This document shows, piece after piece, positions 29,464-39,324 of a stretch of 64,000 nucleotides of DNA. A program made the translations under genes and the position numbers. The notes beneath the pieces are model-generated. The model worked only from the letters and a program-made list of their open reading frames with translations, searched no databases and was not told the origin of the DNA. The DNA lies in the NCBI GenBank assembly GCA_019058295.1, contig JAHPZI010000022.1, positions 124,316 to 188,315 of the forward strand. Direction: 5' to 3'. Each line of letters starts with the position of its first letter. The first letter of the stretch is position 1. Source of the DNA: Promethearchaeota archaeon. Lineage in GTDB: Archaea; Asgardarchaeota; Lokiarchaeia; Sigyniarchaeales; SOKP01.

Positions 29464-30843
29464 TCATTTAGTTCCAGTCGTCATCCTTATTCCCTCAATA
29501 AGCATAAAAGGAGCAAATACGGGATTTGAAGTCGGACTTAGCCATGTAGAGACTTGTTTTAATTTTTTTCCTAAACCTATTGTATGTTCAAGCATGTGAT
29601 AATGGTTGGAGTTAATACGTAGTTCTCTGACGGGTTCAAGAATTTTTCCTCTATTTTTTACTAAAAACATGCCATCTTTAGGAATAGAAGATAATACTCC
29701 AGGAGGGGCATAACTCTGATAACGAGTGTACCACGTTGATGAAATTAATAAAGTAGGTTTCTCAGAAATTTCCATTAATTCTTCTAAGGTGTGATCACCA
29801 GCTGCAAATACCGTATTGGAAGGTCTTGGCATTGTAATTCCGGCATTACCAGTTGATTCTTTATTTTTTCTTGTGAGAGATGTATTCGTAAAATATTGAT
29901 GTATAATTCCTTTATTAATTAATAATGTCTTTTTGGTGGGGACACATTCATCGTCAAAAGGAGAGCTTTCTAAACCATATTCAATGGTTCCATCGTCCCA
30001 TGCTGAGATATTTTCGCTGGCAATTTTATCACCTAATCTTTTTCCTATTAACCATGATAAACCCATCTTTCTGATGTATTCATTCATAGCTATTGATAAT
30101 GTAGGAGCTTGTAATTCAGTAGATACTTTTGGATATATGATTATATTATATATGCCTGGTTCCGCTTTTTTACCACCGACAGCCATTTTACAAATTTTTC
30201 CTGCCTCTTCTCCAGCCCATATTGCATCAAAATCTTTATTTAAGTGAGTTGAACAAGATAAAGATTCTCCTGTCGCGTACATATCTTCCGCAAATGCTCT
30301 TATTCGAAAATTAAGATGTGTTCTTTTAAAGTTTTGTTCAATACCGGTACTAGTTTCTAAAAAAAAATTAGTATCTCCAAAAAAGAAAGACCCAGCCACT
30401 CTCTTAGCTCCTTGGGTTATTGAAACATCTGTAGCTCTTTCAACAAGACCAATAGCTTTTTCACCCAAATTAGCGACTTTATCGTCAAAAATCTTACCTT
30501 GAATGCTCATATCATATTTAAGCGTTCCTTCTGGCAGTCTTTTGTAATATCTATTAATTTTTGCGACATTTAATAACTTTTCGCAATAATTTATGGTATT
30601 TTCGATTACATTAGGACTTAAATTGCTGATTGAAATTTCAGTTGTTCTTCTTTTTTTAGATAAAAACAATACTAACTTGATATCATCCCAATTCTTATTA
30701 ATGTCTATATTATTCTCAGAAAATCTGATTTGATTCTCTGATTTTATTATTCCTTTAATTACCCATGAATCACAAAATTGTTTTAGATGCTTTTTAGCAA
30801 GCTCCATTTTATCTGTTAAAATTTCAAACTTTTTTTGATTCAA
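29464..30843 (-). CDS. TldE/PmbA-family protein
   Basis: 'IRFSENNI', 'PFDDECVPT', 'STGNA'; lacks HExxxH; follows tldD. Confidence 0.88.
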   Translation of the reverse strand: MNQKKFEILTDKMELAKKHLKQFCDSWVIKGIIKSENQIRFSENNIDINKNWDDIKLVLFLSKKRRTTEISISNLSPNVIENTINYCEKLLNVAKINRYYKRLPEGTLKYDMSIQGKIFDDKVANLGEKAIGLVERATDVSITQGAKRVAGSFFFGDTNFFLETSTGIEQNFKRTHLNFRIRAFAEDMYATGESLSCSTHLNKDFDAIWAGEEAGKICKMAVGGKKAEPGIYNIIIYPKVSTELQAPTLSIAMNEYIRKMGLSWLIGKRLGDKIASENISAWDDGTIEYGLESSPFDDECVPTKKTLLINKGIIHQYFTNTSLTRKNKESTGNAGITMPRPSNTVFAAGDHTLEELMEISEKPTLLISSTWYTRYQSYAPPGVLSSIPKDGMFLVKNRGKILEPVRELRINSNHYHMLEHTIGLGKKLKQVSTWLSPTSNPVFAPFMLIEGIRMTTGTK

Positions 30844-30852
30844 ATAATCACC

Positions 30853-32319
30853 TTATGCTAATTTAACATTTCTTAATCTAACATTGGGACCACCAGTCCA
30901 AACAGGACACCCTTGGCCTGGTTCTGATTTACCACAAAAGGCTCCTTCCCATTCCATCGTTTCTTCCTTTCCTTGAGCGTCAATACTACCAAATAATCCA
31001 GGTGATGAGATTTCGAGACCTGGTTTTAAAACTAGATTTTTAATTTCACCATTTTCTATTAAATATGATTCTTGCCCTACATACTTAGATTGTAACCGCT
31101 TATCGTCAATATTCCATTCTGTGAAACTTTTCATGAAAATACCCAATTTTACATCCTCAATCATTTCTTCAAATGAATAATCTCCAGGTGCGAAATAAGT
31201 ATTCGCCATCCTTATAATAGGTTCACGATCATAAGCCACAGCTCTAGCGGCAGCATTGCTATGAGTATTAAAAACACTAGCAGTCTCTCGATTTAACAAC
31301 ATTTCATTAAAGATTCCATTTTTAATTAGCTCTCTTCTGTGAGCCTTTACACCCTCATCATCATATAAATAAAAACCATAGGAACCTGCAATAGTTGGAT
31401 CTTCATATATATTAACACATTCATTACCAATTCTAAAGCCAATTTCATGTTCTCTTAAATATGATTCCCCTGCCTGCGCTCCTTCACGACCTAGAATCCG
31501 ATCCGACTCATGCGGATGGCCACAATTTTCGTGAGATATTATTCCTGCAACTTTTGGTCCTAAAATTATATCTATCTCACCTTCAGGAGGCTTTTTGGCT
31601 TCTATTATAATTTTCCCGAGTATATTAACTTTTTCTCTTACTTTTTCAATTAAATTCCAAGAAATTAATTCGTTCCACCCTGCTGTTGTAGCAAAAGTAC
31701 TCATAGATTGTTCATTCTTACCACCAGGTTGTATTCCTATAATGATGGGTATAAAAGCAACTCGTGGAACTGAACTAGAGATTTTTGCTGAATCAGAATT
31801 AATGTAATATGTATCTCTCTGCTCTGTAATTAAAACAAAAATATGAATAAAATCTACAGGATATTTCTTTTCAGAGAAAATTTTAATAAAATCTTGAATA
31901 TATTCGATCTTTTCTTCTAAAGAGACTTCTATTGGATTAATATCATATTTGCTTTGCCATTTCGCTTCGTAAAATTTTTCTTCACTCATTTGAATGGGAG
32001 TTTTTCTCTGTTTGGCACTTCTTTTAGCCGTTTTATATGCATGATCTACAGCATTATAAATAGATTCTCTATTCAAATTATTTGTTGTCGCCATTCCCAT
32101 TCCACCATTTACTAAGAGTCTAACATTGATTCCTATTTTTCTACTAAACGCATCTTTAGTGAGGTCAATTGGTAAATTTCCAAGGTGCATTTTACCATTA
32201 AAAAAAGAGACAGTATCACTAATATTCGATTCTAATCTTACTTCTGCATAATCGCAATACTTTCCGTTAGATTGAGCATAATCCAATGCAGATTCCGCTA
32301 AATCTTTAAAGTTTTCCAT
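30853..32319 (-). CDS. tldD: TldD-family metalloprotease
   Basis: 'HENCGHPHESDR', 'YDDEGV', 'PIIRMANT', 'CGK..PGQ' motifs. Confidence 0.92.
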   Translation of the reverse strand: MENFKDLAESALDYAQSNGKYCDYAEVRLESNISDTVSFFNGKMHLGNLPIDLTKDAFSRKIGINVRLLVNGGMGMATTNNLNRESIYNAVDHAYKTAKRSAKQRKTPIQMSEEKFYEAKWQSKYDINPIEVSLEEKIEYIQDFIKIFSEKKYPVDFIHIFVLITEQRDTYYINSDSAKISSSVPRVAFIPIIIGIQPGGKNEQSMSTFATTAGWNELISWNLIEKVREKVNILGKIIIEAKKPPEGEIDIILGPKVAGIISHENCGHPHESDRILGREGAQAGESYLREHEIGFRIGNECVNIYEDPTIAGSYGFYLYDDEGVKAHRRELIKNGIFNEMLLNRETASVFNTHSNAAARAVAYDREPIIRMANTYFAPGDYSFEEMIEDVKLGIFMKSFTEWNIDDKRLQSKYVGQESYLIENGEIKNLVLKPGLEISSPGLFGSIDAQGKEETMEWEGAFCGKSEPGQGCPVWTGGPNVRLRNVKLA

Positions 32320-32460
32320 TTTTAGTCTTAATTTAAAATATTATTCTTAATATATTACAATAAAACAGAAAAGAATTAAAGCTTTTTATGGTTGTTTATT
32401 GCCTTTTTGAATGAAGAATTTAAGAACTATTAAAAAAAAAAGAATATTATACTTAGACCA

Positions 32461-32799
32461 TTAGTTTTTATTAATCAAACTCTCGATTTCTTTCAATAAT
32501 AAAGTTTTTTCCGCAATAAACCAGTGCAGTTTTGATTTTTCTGGATGCTCATGGTAAATAATTTCTGATAATTTCTTTACTTCTTCCTCAGTAGGCTTAA
32601 GAATTTCTCCATTAACATTTTCTCTTATTAATAAAACTAGGTTGTCAGTTTCAAGAGGCTGGATGTCGTATCCATTTTTTATATTTTTATTGATTGTAAC
32701 ACATAATTCCGCCAAATACCATACCGAGTCATCATATGATTCATTCGATTTATATCGGCGATAGGCTAGGTTAGTAACGTCTTCTTTTGTAAATGGCAT
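32461..32799 (-). CDS. Small protein with two internal helical repeats ending W-x-x-AE
   Basis: 'EDVTNLAYRRY...VWYLAE' and 'EEVKKLSEIIY...LHWFIAE'. Confidence 0.7.
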   Translation of the reverse strand: MPFTKEDVTNLAYRRYKSNESYDDSVWYLAELCVTINKNIKNGYDIQPLETDNLVLLIRENVNGEILKPTEEEVKKLSEIIYHEHPEKSKLHWFIAEKTLLLKEIESLINKN

Positions 32800-32959
32800 T
32801 TAAATACAACAAAATATATATAAAATTTTGAAACAGTGTATGTTTAACAAAAAAGATAGTTTTGTTTTTAATTATTTGTGTTAATTTTTAAAAGCTAAAT
32901 AAACCACAAAATTAATTATTTATTCAGTTTTACTTAAAATATTATCAATATTTATAAAT

Positions 32960-33060
32960 GCCTCTGTGGCTTAGCGGTATAGCAGCAGACTTGTAATCTG
33001 CAGATCAATGCATAATCCTTGCGTGAGCAGAAGTCGGGGGTTCAAATCCCTCCAGAGGCT
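32960..33060 (+). tRNA. tRNA-Thr(UGU) with a 29-nt intron (33004-33032) at position 45/46
   Basis: Acceptor GCCTCTG/CAGAGGC, anticodon arm GCAGA-CTTGTAA-TCTGC, T arm GGGGG-TTCAAAT-CCCTC, discriminator U. A BHB-like motif gives the mature variable loop AGGUC. Confidence 0.93.
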
Positions 33061-33103
33061 TATTTTATATTACCATCTTTATAATTATAAAATAGGTTTT
33101 ATT

Positions 33104-34447
33104 ATGGAGACTGAAAGCTTATACAAAAATCATTATAAATTTATTTTCGCCTTTTTTTACCTGATAGAAGGGTTTGTTCAGGGAATTCCTTTCTTAGTTT
33201 TTCCAGTATATTTGGCAACACTCTTAGGTAATAAATATGATATCGCGAAATTGTTAATTATTACCTCAATAGGGTATATTCCTTGGTCAATCAAGATTAT
33301 AGTTGGTTTTTGCAACGATAAGTGGGGTTCAAAAAAATATGGTAGAAGATTTCCTTGGATTGCATGTTTTGGTGTATACGGTGGAATTTGGTGGATTATT
33401 TTGGCAATTTATTTGCCTGTGGATGAATCTATTTATTTGACACTAGGAATTTATGCTTTCATGATAGCCCTTGGCATGGCATTTTCCGATACAGCCCTTG
33501 ATGGGCTCATTTTAGATACAGTCCCAAAAGAAAAATTAGGACAAGTTCAAGGTTACACATGGACGTGTTTATTATTGGGAATGGGGGCAGGTGGTATGTT
33601 ATTAGGTTTAATCTTTCTTGCTTTAGGTATAATGCCTATTTTATTTGCTTTAACTGGTGTGCTGGTTATTATTGCTTGTCTCTTAACTCGATTAATTAAA
33701 GAACCACCTTTAAAAAAAGTAGAAATAAAGGAGATGGGGAAAAATATCAAATCTCTTATTACCAAGAAGAAGAACTGGAAAGTTTATGGTAATTCATTTT
33801 TCGGAGCCATGGCAAATGTTATGATTCTTAGTTTTTTCGGATATCTTATATTAATTAATATAGGTATAATTGAGGTAAATCAAACGATTTTGTCAATTAG
33901 AGAGGGTGAACCTGTTGAACTTTTAGGCTGGATCTCTGTATTTTATTTCTTTAGTGGAGTTGGAACTGTAATTGGTTCGATTATTGCTGGAAAACTTGTT
34001 GATAAAGGCAGAAAGAGAACTCTTACAATTGTTTATTTTATATATATACCTTTTTGCATTATTAGTGTAGTACCGTTTTTAATATCTGGAGAACTTATAT
34101 TGGCGTTGATTTATGGTATAATTGCTATATTAATATTTGGGGCAGTTCAAGGAGCGCTAAATATAACAACCCAAACTATAAACGGAGATATTTCAAGAAA
34201 AGAATATCCCGATTTAAAAAGCAGTTTTTATGCGTTGTTAATATCATGGTGGAATGGTGGACAAGCTCTCGGTTCATTCTTTGGGGCATTGATTTTTATA
34301 TATTTCGCTTTTTATATAACAGATTTCAATATATTATACTTTTTAATATCTGTTTTTGGAGCTATCACACTATTTATAAGCTATTTATCTTTTAGAGCAA
34401 TTGATCCAAAAGATTATGAATTTTCCCATCATTTAGAAAAAGATTAA
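33104..34447 (+). CDS. MFS transporter (AmpG/BT1-like)
   Basis: 'YLIEGFVQG', 'PWSIK', 'YGRRFPW', 'DTALDG'; ~12 TM. Start moved to ATG 33104 because the track's start lies inside the tRNA. Confidence 0.88.
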   Translation: METESLYKNHYKFIFAFFYLIEGFVQGIPFLVFPVYLATLLGNKYDIAKLLIITSIGYIPWSIKIIVGFCNDKWGSKKYGRRFPWIACFGVYGGIWWIILAIYLPVDESIYLTLGIYAFMIALGMAFSDTALDGLILDTVPKEKLGQVQGYTWTCLLLGMGAGGMLLGLIFLALGIMPILFALTGVLVIIACLLTRLIKEPPLKKVEIKEMGKNIKSLITKKKNWKVYGNSFFGAMANVMILSFFGYLILINIGIIEVNQTILSIREGEPVELLGWISVFYFFSGVGTVIGSIIAGKLVDKGRKRTLTIVYFIYIPFCIISVVPFLISGELILALIYGIIAILIFGAVQGALNITTQTINGDISRKEYPDLKSSFYALLISWWNGGQALGSFFGALIFIYFAFYITDFNILYFLISVFGAITLFISYLSFRAIDPKDYEFSHHLEKD

Positions 34448-34464
34448 CGATTTGGTGAAATGTT

Positions 34465-36033
34465 ATTAATAAGATCAACAGGTTAATTTTTTGCATAATA
34501 GATAATGTTAGAGCTGAGCATTTCTTTAATTTCATAAATAGAGGTTTACTCCCTAATTTTAAAAAATTAATGGAGGAGGGGATTTTTTCTAAAAATTGCA
34601 TAACAGATTTCCCAACAATCACGTATCCAACACAGCAATCTTTGATTACAGGAACATATACTGGAGATTATCGAAAGGAATTATGTCATGGCGTACCTTT
34701 GTCTGATTGGATGGGCCGTGATATTGCACCTCCAAAACTAAGATGCTATGCTTCCAAAAATTTACAAATCTATAAAATGAATGAAGATTTGGGGCGTAAT
34801 TGCCAGACAATTCTTGAAATGATTGACGAGGGAAATACGTCAAGTATAGTTCAGTTTATAAATAGAGGGGCTGACTTTTTTTTTCCAGAAAATAAAATCA
34901 AATTAGCAGTTTATTACTTACTATTGACACAAAAACGGTTTTTTTTAAAATTAATCGCTCTAGCTAATACTATTATAGTTCAAAAATTATTAGAAAACTT
35001 TAAAAAACCAAAAAAATATTTTGGAAATAATGAGCCTCCTATTTGTTCAAATCTCTTATTTTTTACGTCAGATATACTATGTCATGCTTTTGGATATGAC
35101 AATAAATATTATAAATTGAATTTAATCCATATAGATAAGCAAATAGGAATCTTAATAAGTGAATTAGATAAAATGGGATATTTAGATGATACTGCGATTG
35201 CAATAACTAGCGATCATGGAAATTATAGAGCAGGGAAGACTGGAAGCTTAACAAATTTTTTTGAGAGTTTTGGATTAACACATTATCACCCTCGTAAAAA
35301 TATAAAAGGTAATTTTAATTTATGCGGATTTGGTGGAGTGGGATTTCTTAATTTTAAAGGTGCTAGCTCACATAAATATGGTTGGAGTCATCCTACTATT
35401 AACGAACTTAAAAAATATGGTTCAAAACGAATCAATTTATTGGATAGTCTGTTTAAAATAGAAGAGAGTCATTTAATGTATTATAGAGATACAAATAACA
35501 CTTACGATAAAGGAATTATTCATTTAAAGCGTAAAGATAGAACCACAGGAAATATTATGTCAGGGACAATTGAATATAGAGGTACTGGAAATAATTATAA
35601 AACTAAATATATAGCCGAAGATGATAACAATGATATATTTGGATATAGCAACGATGATATAGCAAATAAATTGATTGACAATCGCTTCCACTCTATAAAT
35701 GAATGGATTGAAGGGACTTATCACCTTGATTTTCCAATGTATCCAGATTTAATTCCACGACATTTTAAAAATCCTCGAAGTTCTGACATTATTGTTAGCA
35801 CTGGTGGAAAAGTTGTTTTTAAACATGAGAATGAAAAAAACAAAAATGAGCCTTTATATACTCACGATATTGGTCTCAGAAAATGTGCTATTGTACCATT
35901 AATAATTGGAGGATCTAAAGAAATTCCATATAAAGAAATAACTTATTGTAAAACAACAGATATTGTTCCGACTTTATTAAAATTCTTAGGGAAAAGGGCC
36001 CATAAAAGTGTAATTGGGAAATGTCTAATTTAA
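34465..36033 (+). CDS. Alkaline phosphatase superfamily (NPP/phosphodiesterase-like) enzyme; probable AUU start
   Basis: 'FPTITYP', 'DILCHAFG', 'TSDHG', 'THD' motifs. The conserved first strand 'LIFCIIDNVR' lies upstream of ATG 34570, after GGTGA and an in-frame TGA at 34456. Confidence 0.82.
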   Translation: MNKINRLIFCIIDNVRAEHFFNFINRGLLPNFKKLMEEGIFSKNCITDFPTITYPTQQSLITGTYTGDYRKELCHGVPLSDWMGRDIAPPKLRCYASKNLQIYKMNEDLGRNCQTILEMIDEGNTSSIVQFINRGADFFFPENKIKLAVYYLLLTQKRFFLKLIALANTIIVQKLLENFKKPKKYFGNNEPPICSNLLFFTSDILCHAFGYDNKYYKLNLIHIDKQIGILISELDKMGYLDDTAIAITSDHGNYRAGKTGSLTNFFESFGLTHYHPRKNIKGNFNLCGFGGVGFLNFKGASSHKYGWSHPTINELKKYGSKRINLLDSLFKIEESHLMYYRDTNNTYDKGIIHLKRKDRTTGNIMSGTIEYRGTGNNYKTKYIAEDDNNDIFGYSNDDIANKLIDNRFHSINEWIEGTYHLDFPMYPDLIPRHFKNPRSSDIIVSTGGKVVFKHENEKNKNEPLYTHDIGLRKCAIVPLIIGGSKEIPYKEITYCKTTDIVPTLLKFLGKRAHKSVIGKCLI

Positions 36034-36078
36034 TTAATAGAAAGTTATTATTAAAATTAGAATAAGAATTTAAAAATA

Positions 36079-36759
36079 TTAAACCGTGTCACTCCTCAGT
36101 AATTGCATTATATAATCAGCTACTGTTTCAATTGAATCTGAAATCGCTTCCATTATATCAAAAGTGTTTCCAGCAGTAAATATTGTAAAGTTATTCACGT
36201 CGTAATTTGTTTCTTGAAGACTTTTTCTTAATTTTATATTAGAAATATCTATTTTGTGTTCAAGTAAATTAATTTGTTTGCTAAATTCTTTGACTTTTTT
36301 CCTTTCTTGAAGCAAATCTATAACTATTTTATCTAAATACTCTACGCATTCCACGGTTGTATTCATAATTTCTTTTACAAGGTTGACAGTTTCCTCACTA
36401 CTTTGGTTCCAAAATTTTATGGGGATTGTATTTATACGCCTTGCTACTCCAGTGGCACAATTTGCCACATCATCTTGACGTTTGATCAAATGAGATAAAT
36501 CCGTTCGTACGCTAGGATTTAATTCACCCTTTGATATATCTTGTAAAATTTCCCTTCTTAATTTATCTGCTTCACCTTCCAGAAGATCTACATTATGAAA
36601 ATTAGCATACGCTTTTTCAAGATTTTTATCTGTCAATAAAATATCTATTCCAGTTTTCAATTCTCTGACAGATTCTTGAACTTTTTGAGCGTGTTTGATA
36701 GATTTTTCTAAAACTGATGTAGCAGTTCTTTTTTTAAAATATTCAATAAGAGTACCCAT
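36079..36759 (-). CDS. DUF47 (PhoU-like phosphate transport regulator)
   Basis: 'LEGEADKLRREI...RTDLSHLIKRQDDVA', 'LEHKID', 'ISDSIETVAD'. Confidence 0.88.
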   Translation of the reverse strand: MGTLIEYFKKRTATSVLEKSIKHAQKVQESVRELKTGIDILLTDKNLEKAYANFHNVDLLEGEADKLRREILQDISKGELNPSVRTDLSHLIKRQDDVANCATGVARRINTIPIKFWNQSSEETVNLVKEIMNTTVECVEYLDKIVIDLLQERKKVKEFSKQINLLEHKIDISNIKLRKSLQETNYDVNNFTIFTAGNTFDIMEAISDSIETVADYIMQLLRSDTV

Positions 36760-36834
36760 TTTATTAACACACTCTAATTCTTTTCTTAATTAACAATATA
36801 TATAATTCATATTGTTTAAATAATTTAATATATA

Positions 36835-37872
36835 TTATATCATCCCAAAACTTATAAATCCAAAATAAATTAATCCTGCTAAAATAGCTGCCACCGGAAA
36901 CGTTAAAATCCAAAATATAAACATCTTTCCTAATTTGCCATAGTCTACTTCTTTTTTTTTAGCTAAATTCATGCCAATAATACAAAATACAATCACATGG
37001 CTGTGACTTATTGGAACACTAAAAACAACCGTACAAAACATTAATATTATGGCTGAAGCAAGCTGAATGATAAAACCATCGGAGGGACGAGCATCTGTTA
37101 ACTGACTTGCTAAATTTCTGATAACATAACGACCTGCAATAAATAGCCCCAAGAAAGCTATCAGGGCACAAATTACAACAAAAAAATAATATCCAACAAT
37201 AGTTAAATAGCCATTACTATATAATGCATATAAAATCCCTAAAGCTTCTGCCGAATTTGCACCTACCCATATTTCCGCAAAAATAATTGCAAATAACAAC
37301 GCCCAAGCAAAATTTTTCTCTGATCTTTCAATTTCATTTAGTCCTTTCTTTTTTGATAAATATAACTTATCAATTATTTTATAAAGAAGGTAAGTACCAA
37401 GTAAGCCAAATAAAGGACTTAAAAACCATGAAAGTATAACTCCGCCCAATTTTTCCCAATTAAACGCCATTCCAAGATTAACGCCCCCAGAAAAGATAGC
37501 ATATACAATAACAACTCCAAAAATACTTCCTATTAGGCTGTGAGTACTAGAGAGCGGTATTCCTGCAAAAGACCCAATGATTAGCCATATTATTGCGCTT
37601 ATTAATACTGCTAAAAGCATAAATACAGTATATCTTATTCCTGATCCCAATATTTTTTGACCAACTAAACTTGCAACTCCTTCTGAAAGAAATATTGTTC
37701 CAAAAGCGATAGCAGCCCCTCCTATAATAAGTACAAATTTAAATTTTAAAGTTCCTGCTGCTGCTAAAGGTGCACATGTTTCATCATTTGCACCTATCGA
37801 AAAAGCTAATCCTATTGCTAAGACAATTAAAACGACAACCAAAATGGCCGCTAATTCATATTCAAAAGCCAT
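36835..37872 (-). CDS. Inorganic phosphate transporter, PiT family
   Basis: 'IGAND', 'PLSSTHSLIG', 'GANS', 'PISHSH' motifs. Confidence 0.92.
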   Translation of the reverse strand: MAFEYELAAILVVVLIVLAIGLAFSIGANDETCAPLAAAGTLKFKFVLIIGGAAIAFGTIFLSEGVASLVGQKILGSGIRYTVFMLLAVLISAIIWLIIGSFAGIPLSSTHSLIGSIFGVVIVYAIFSGGVNLGMAFNWEKLGGVILSWFLSPLFGLLGTYLLYKIIDKLYLSKKKGLNEIERSEKNFAWALLFAIIFAEIWVGANSAEALGILYALYSNGYLTIVGYYFFVVICALIAFLGLFIAGRYVIRNLASQLTDARPSDGFIIQLASAIILMFCTVVFSVPISHSHVIVFCIIGMNLAKKKEVDYGKLGKMFIFWILTFPVAAILAGLIYFGFISFGMI

Positions 37873-37893
37873 ATATCAGACCCTAAATTCGGC

Positions 37894-38565
37894 TCATTTG
37901 AAATAGAAGTATTTGGTAGCTAAAAATTGAATGTATTCCGCGAATTTCTTAATATGATTAGCAAGCATCTTTATTCCTTCAATTAATTCTTTTAAATAAA
38001 GAAAAGTCCTTGAAAGGTAATCCATATCGTAATTCCATAGACGTTCTAGTAAATCCCATTCCTCAATCCTCATCTTTCTTCTTTCCTCTTTTATGTATTC
38101 GCAAATCTCATGTGCTCGTTCTAAATCAGTTCCAATTGTTTTAACTGCTTCAACTAAATTCATTGTAATTTGTCTAAGAGATTTCAATATTAATTCCAAT
38201 TTAAGCTTAAATTCCTCGTCAGGAAACACTACTTTATATAGTAACATTTTATGTGCTAAAAATTCACCAATATCCTTAATATCGTTGATTTTATCAAAGA
38301 CTTTTAACCGATCAGCTTTAGAGAACATTAATTTGGATTTAAATATTTTAGCTTCGAATGTCTTTTTTATATCTAGTTCAGTTTTCGTTTCAATTACATG
38401 ATTCAAATTTTTAGTAAAATTTTCAAAATCTTCTTTTGTTAAATATTCAATTCCATCTATTAATTTCTGTGTCTGCTCATTTATTGTATCCATAAATAAA
38501 TGAGTTAAATCATCAATTCTTAATTTTTTAAGTTCCTTTTTAGTTAAATCTGTAATTTCAACCAT
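37894..38565 (-). CDS. Divergent DUF47/PhoU-like protein
   Basis: All-helical, 'KADRLKVFDKINDI', same length as the other DUF47 proteins and in the same locus. Confidence 0.65.
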   Translation of the reverse strand: MVEITDLTKKELKKLRIDDLTHLFMDTINEQTQKLIDGIEYLTKEDFENFTKNLNHVIETKTELDIKKTFEAKIFKSKLMFSKADRLKVFDKINDIKDIGEFLAHKMLLYKVVFPDEEFKLKLELILKSLRQITMNLVEAVKTIGTDLERAHEICEYIKEERRKMRIEEWDLLERLWNYDMDYLSRTFLYLKELIEGIKMLANHIKKFAEYIQFLATKYFYFK

Positions 38566-39031
38566 ATTATTGATCCCGTTCTTTTTTTTAAAAATTCAAA
38601 ACCATTATTTCAAGAAAATTAATCTTTTAGGTATGTTCTATTAATCCAATTTAATTTTATTAATTTTCTATCAATTAATAAATTTATAATAATAGGTTAA
38701 TTATTTTTTAAAATTGACTAATTATTTAATCCATGCTATAGTTCATTTTGTCTTTTTCTTATTATAAAGTCGAGAAATTTTTGGCTTGTATCGAAAAAGG
38801 TTTAATAAAATCACTTAAAAAAGTAGAGTGAATATCATTATGGTTTAAAAATTATTAGATAACTTTGATAACTTATTATAAGACTACGGATATTGTGGCA
38901 ACTTTGTTAAAAATAATAGGACAAAAACCACATAAAAGTGTTTTAGTAGAAAGCTTAATTTAAAAAATAATTATTTAAGTCAAAATTAATCATAATAAAT
39001 TTGATTTATGTTTGGAAGGATGGAATTGGAT

Positions 39032-39271
39032 TTAGTCTTTAAAAAAATATTCTGTTCCATTTGAAATTGATTTCTTAATTTGTTCTTTCTCCACTAATTC
39101 TTGTAAAAAACTGTATAAATACATTTTACCTCCTATTTTTAATCTTAAATTAAATTCTATTTCCTCTAATTTAAGACCATATCCTTTATTTTCTTCGAAT
39201 ATTTGATATAGCTTTTCTATTATTTCCTTTTTATTTTCTCCTTTTGTTATATCTTCTATTGGTGTTGGTAT
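39032..39271 (-). CDS. Unannotated 79-aa winged-helix-like protein; probable AUA start
   Basis: Hand translation (I/M)PTPIEDITKGENKKEIIEKLYQIFEENKGYGLKLEEIEFNLRLKIGGKMYLYSFLQELVEKEQIKKSISNGTEYFFKD*; AGGTGA RBS 7 nt upstream. Confidence 0.65.
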   Translation of the reverse strand: MPTPIEDITKGENKKEIIEKLYQIFEENKGYGLKLEEIEFNLRLKIGGKMYLYSFLQELVEKEQIKKSISNGTEYFFKD

Positions 39272-39324
39272 TTCATTCTCACCTATTCTTTTTTATTTTA
39301 AAAATTAATTTTTTATAGACATAG

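Noticed and set aside
33036-33060. tRNA 3' end as the attachment site of an integrated element
   Set aside because: No second copy of the tRNA 3' end seen by eye in the window, no integrase, and downstream genes look like ordinary metabolism.
33008-33103. N-terminal extension of the MFS ORF given in the ORF track
   Set aside because: Overlaps the tRNA-Thr gene; the real start is most likely ATG 33104.
34456-34458. In-frame TGA (also 41735-41737) as selenocysteine or readthrough
   Set aside because: The TGA is part of the GGTGA ribosome-binding site and lies upstream of the homologous N-terminus, not at a Cys position.
38566-39031. Long intergenic gap as a hidden gene or ncRNA
   Set aside because: No convincing ORF, stable stem or repeat found by eye.
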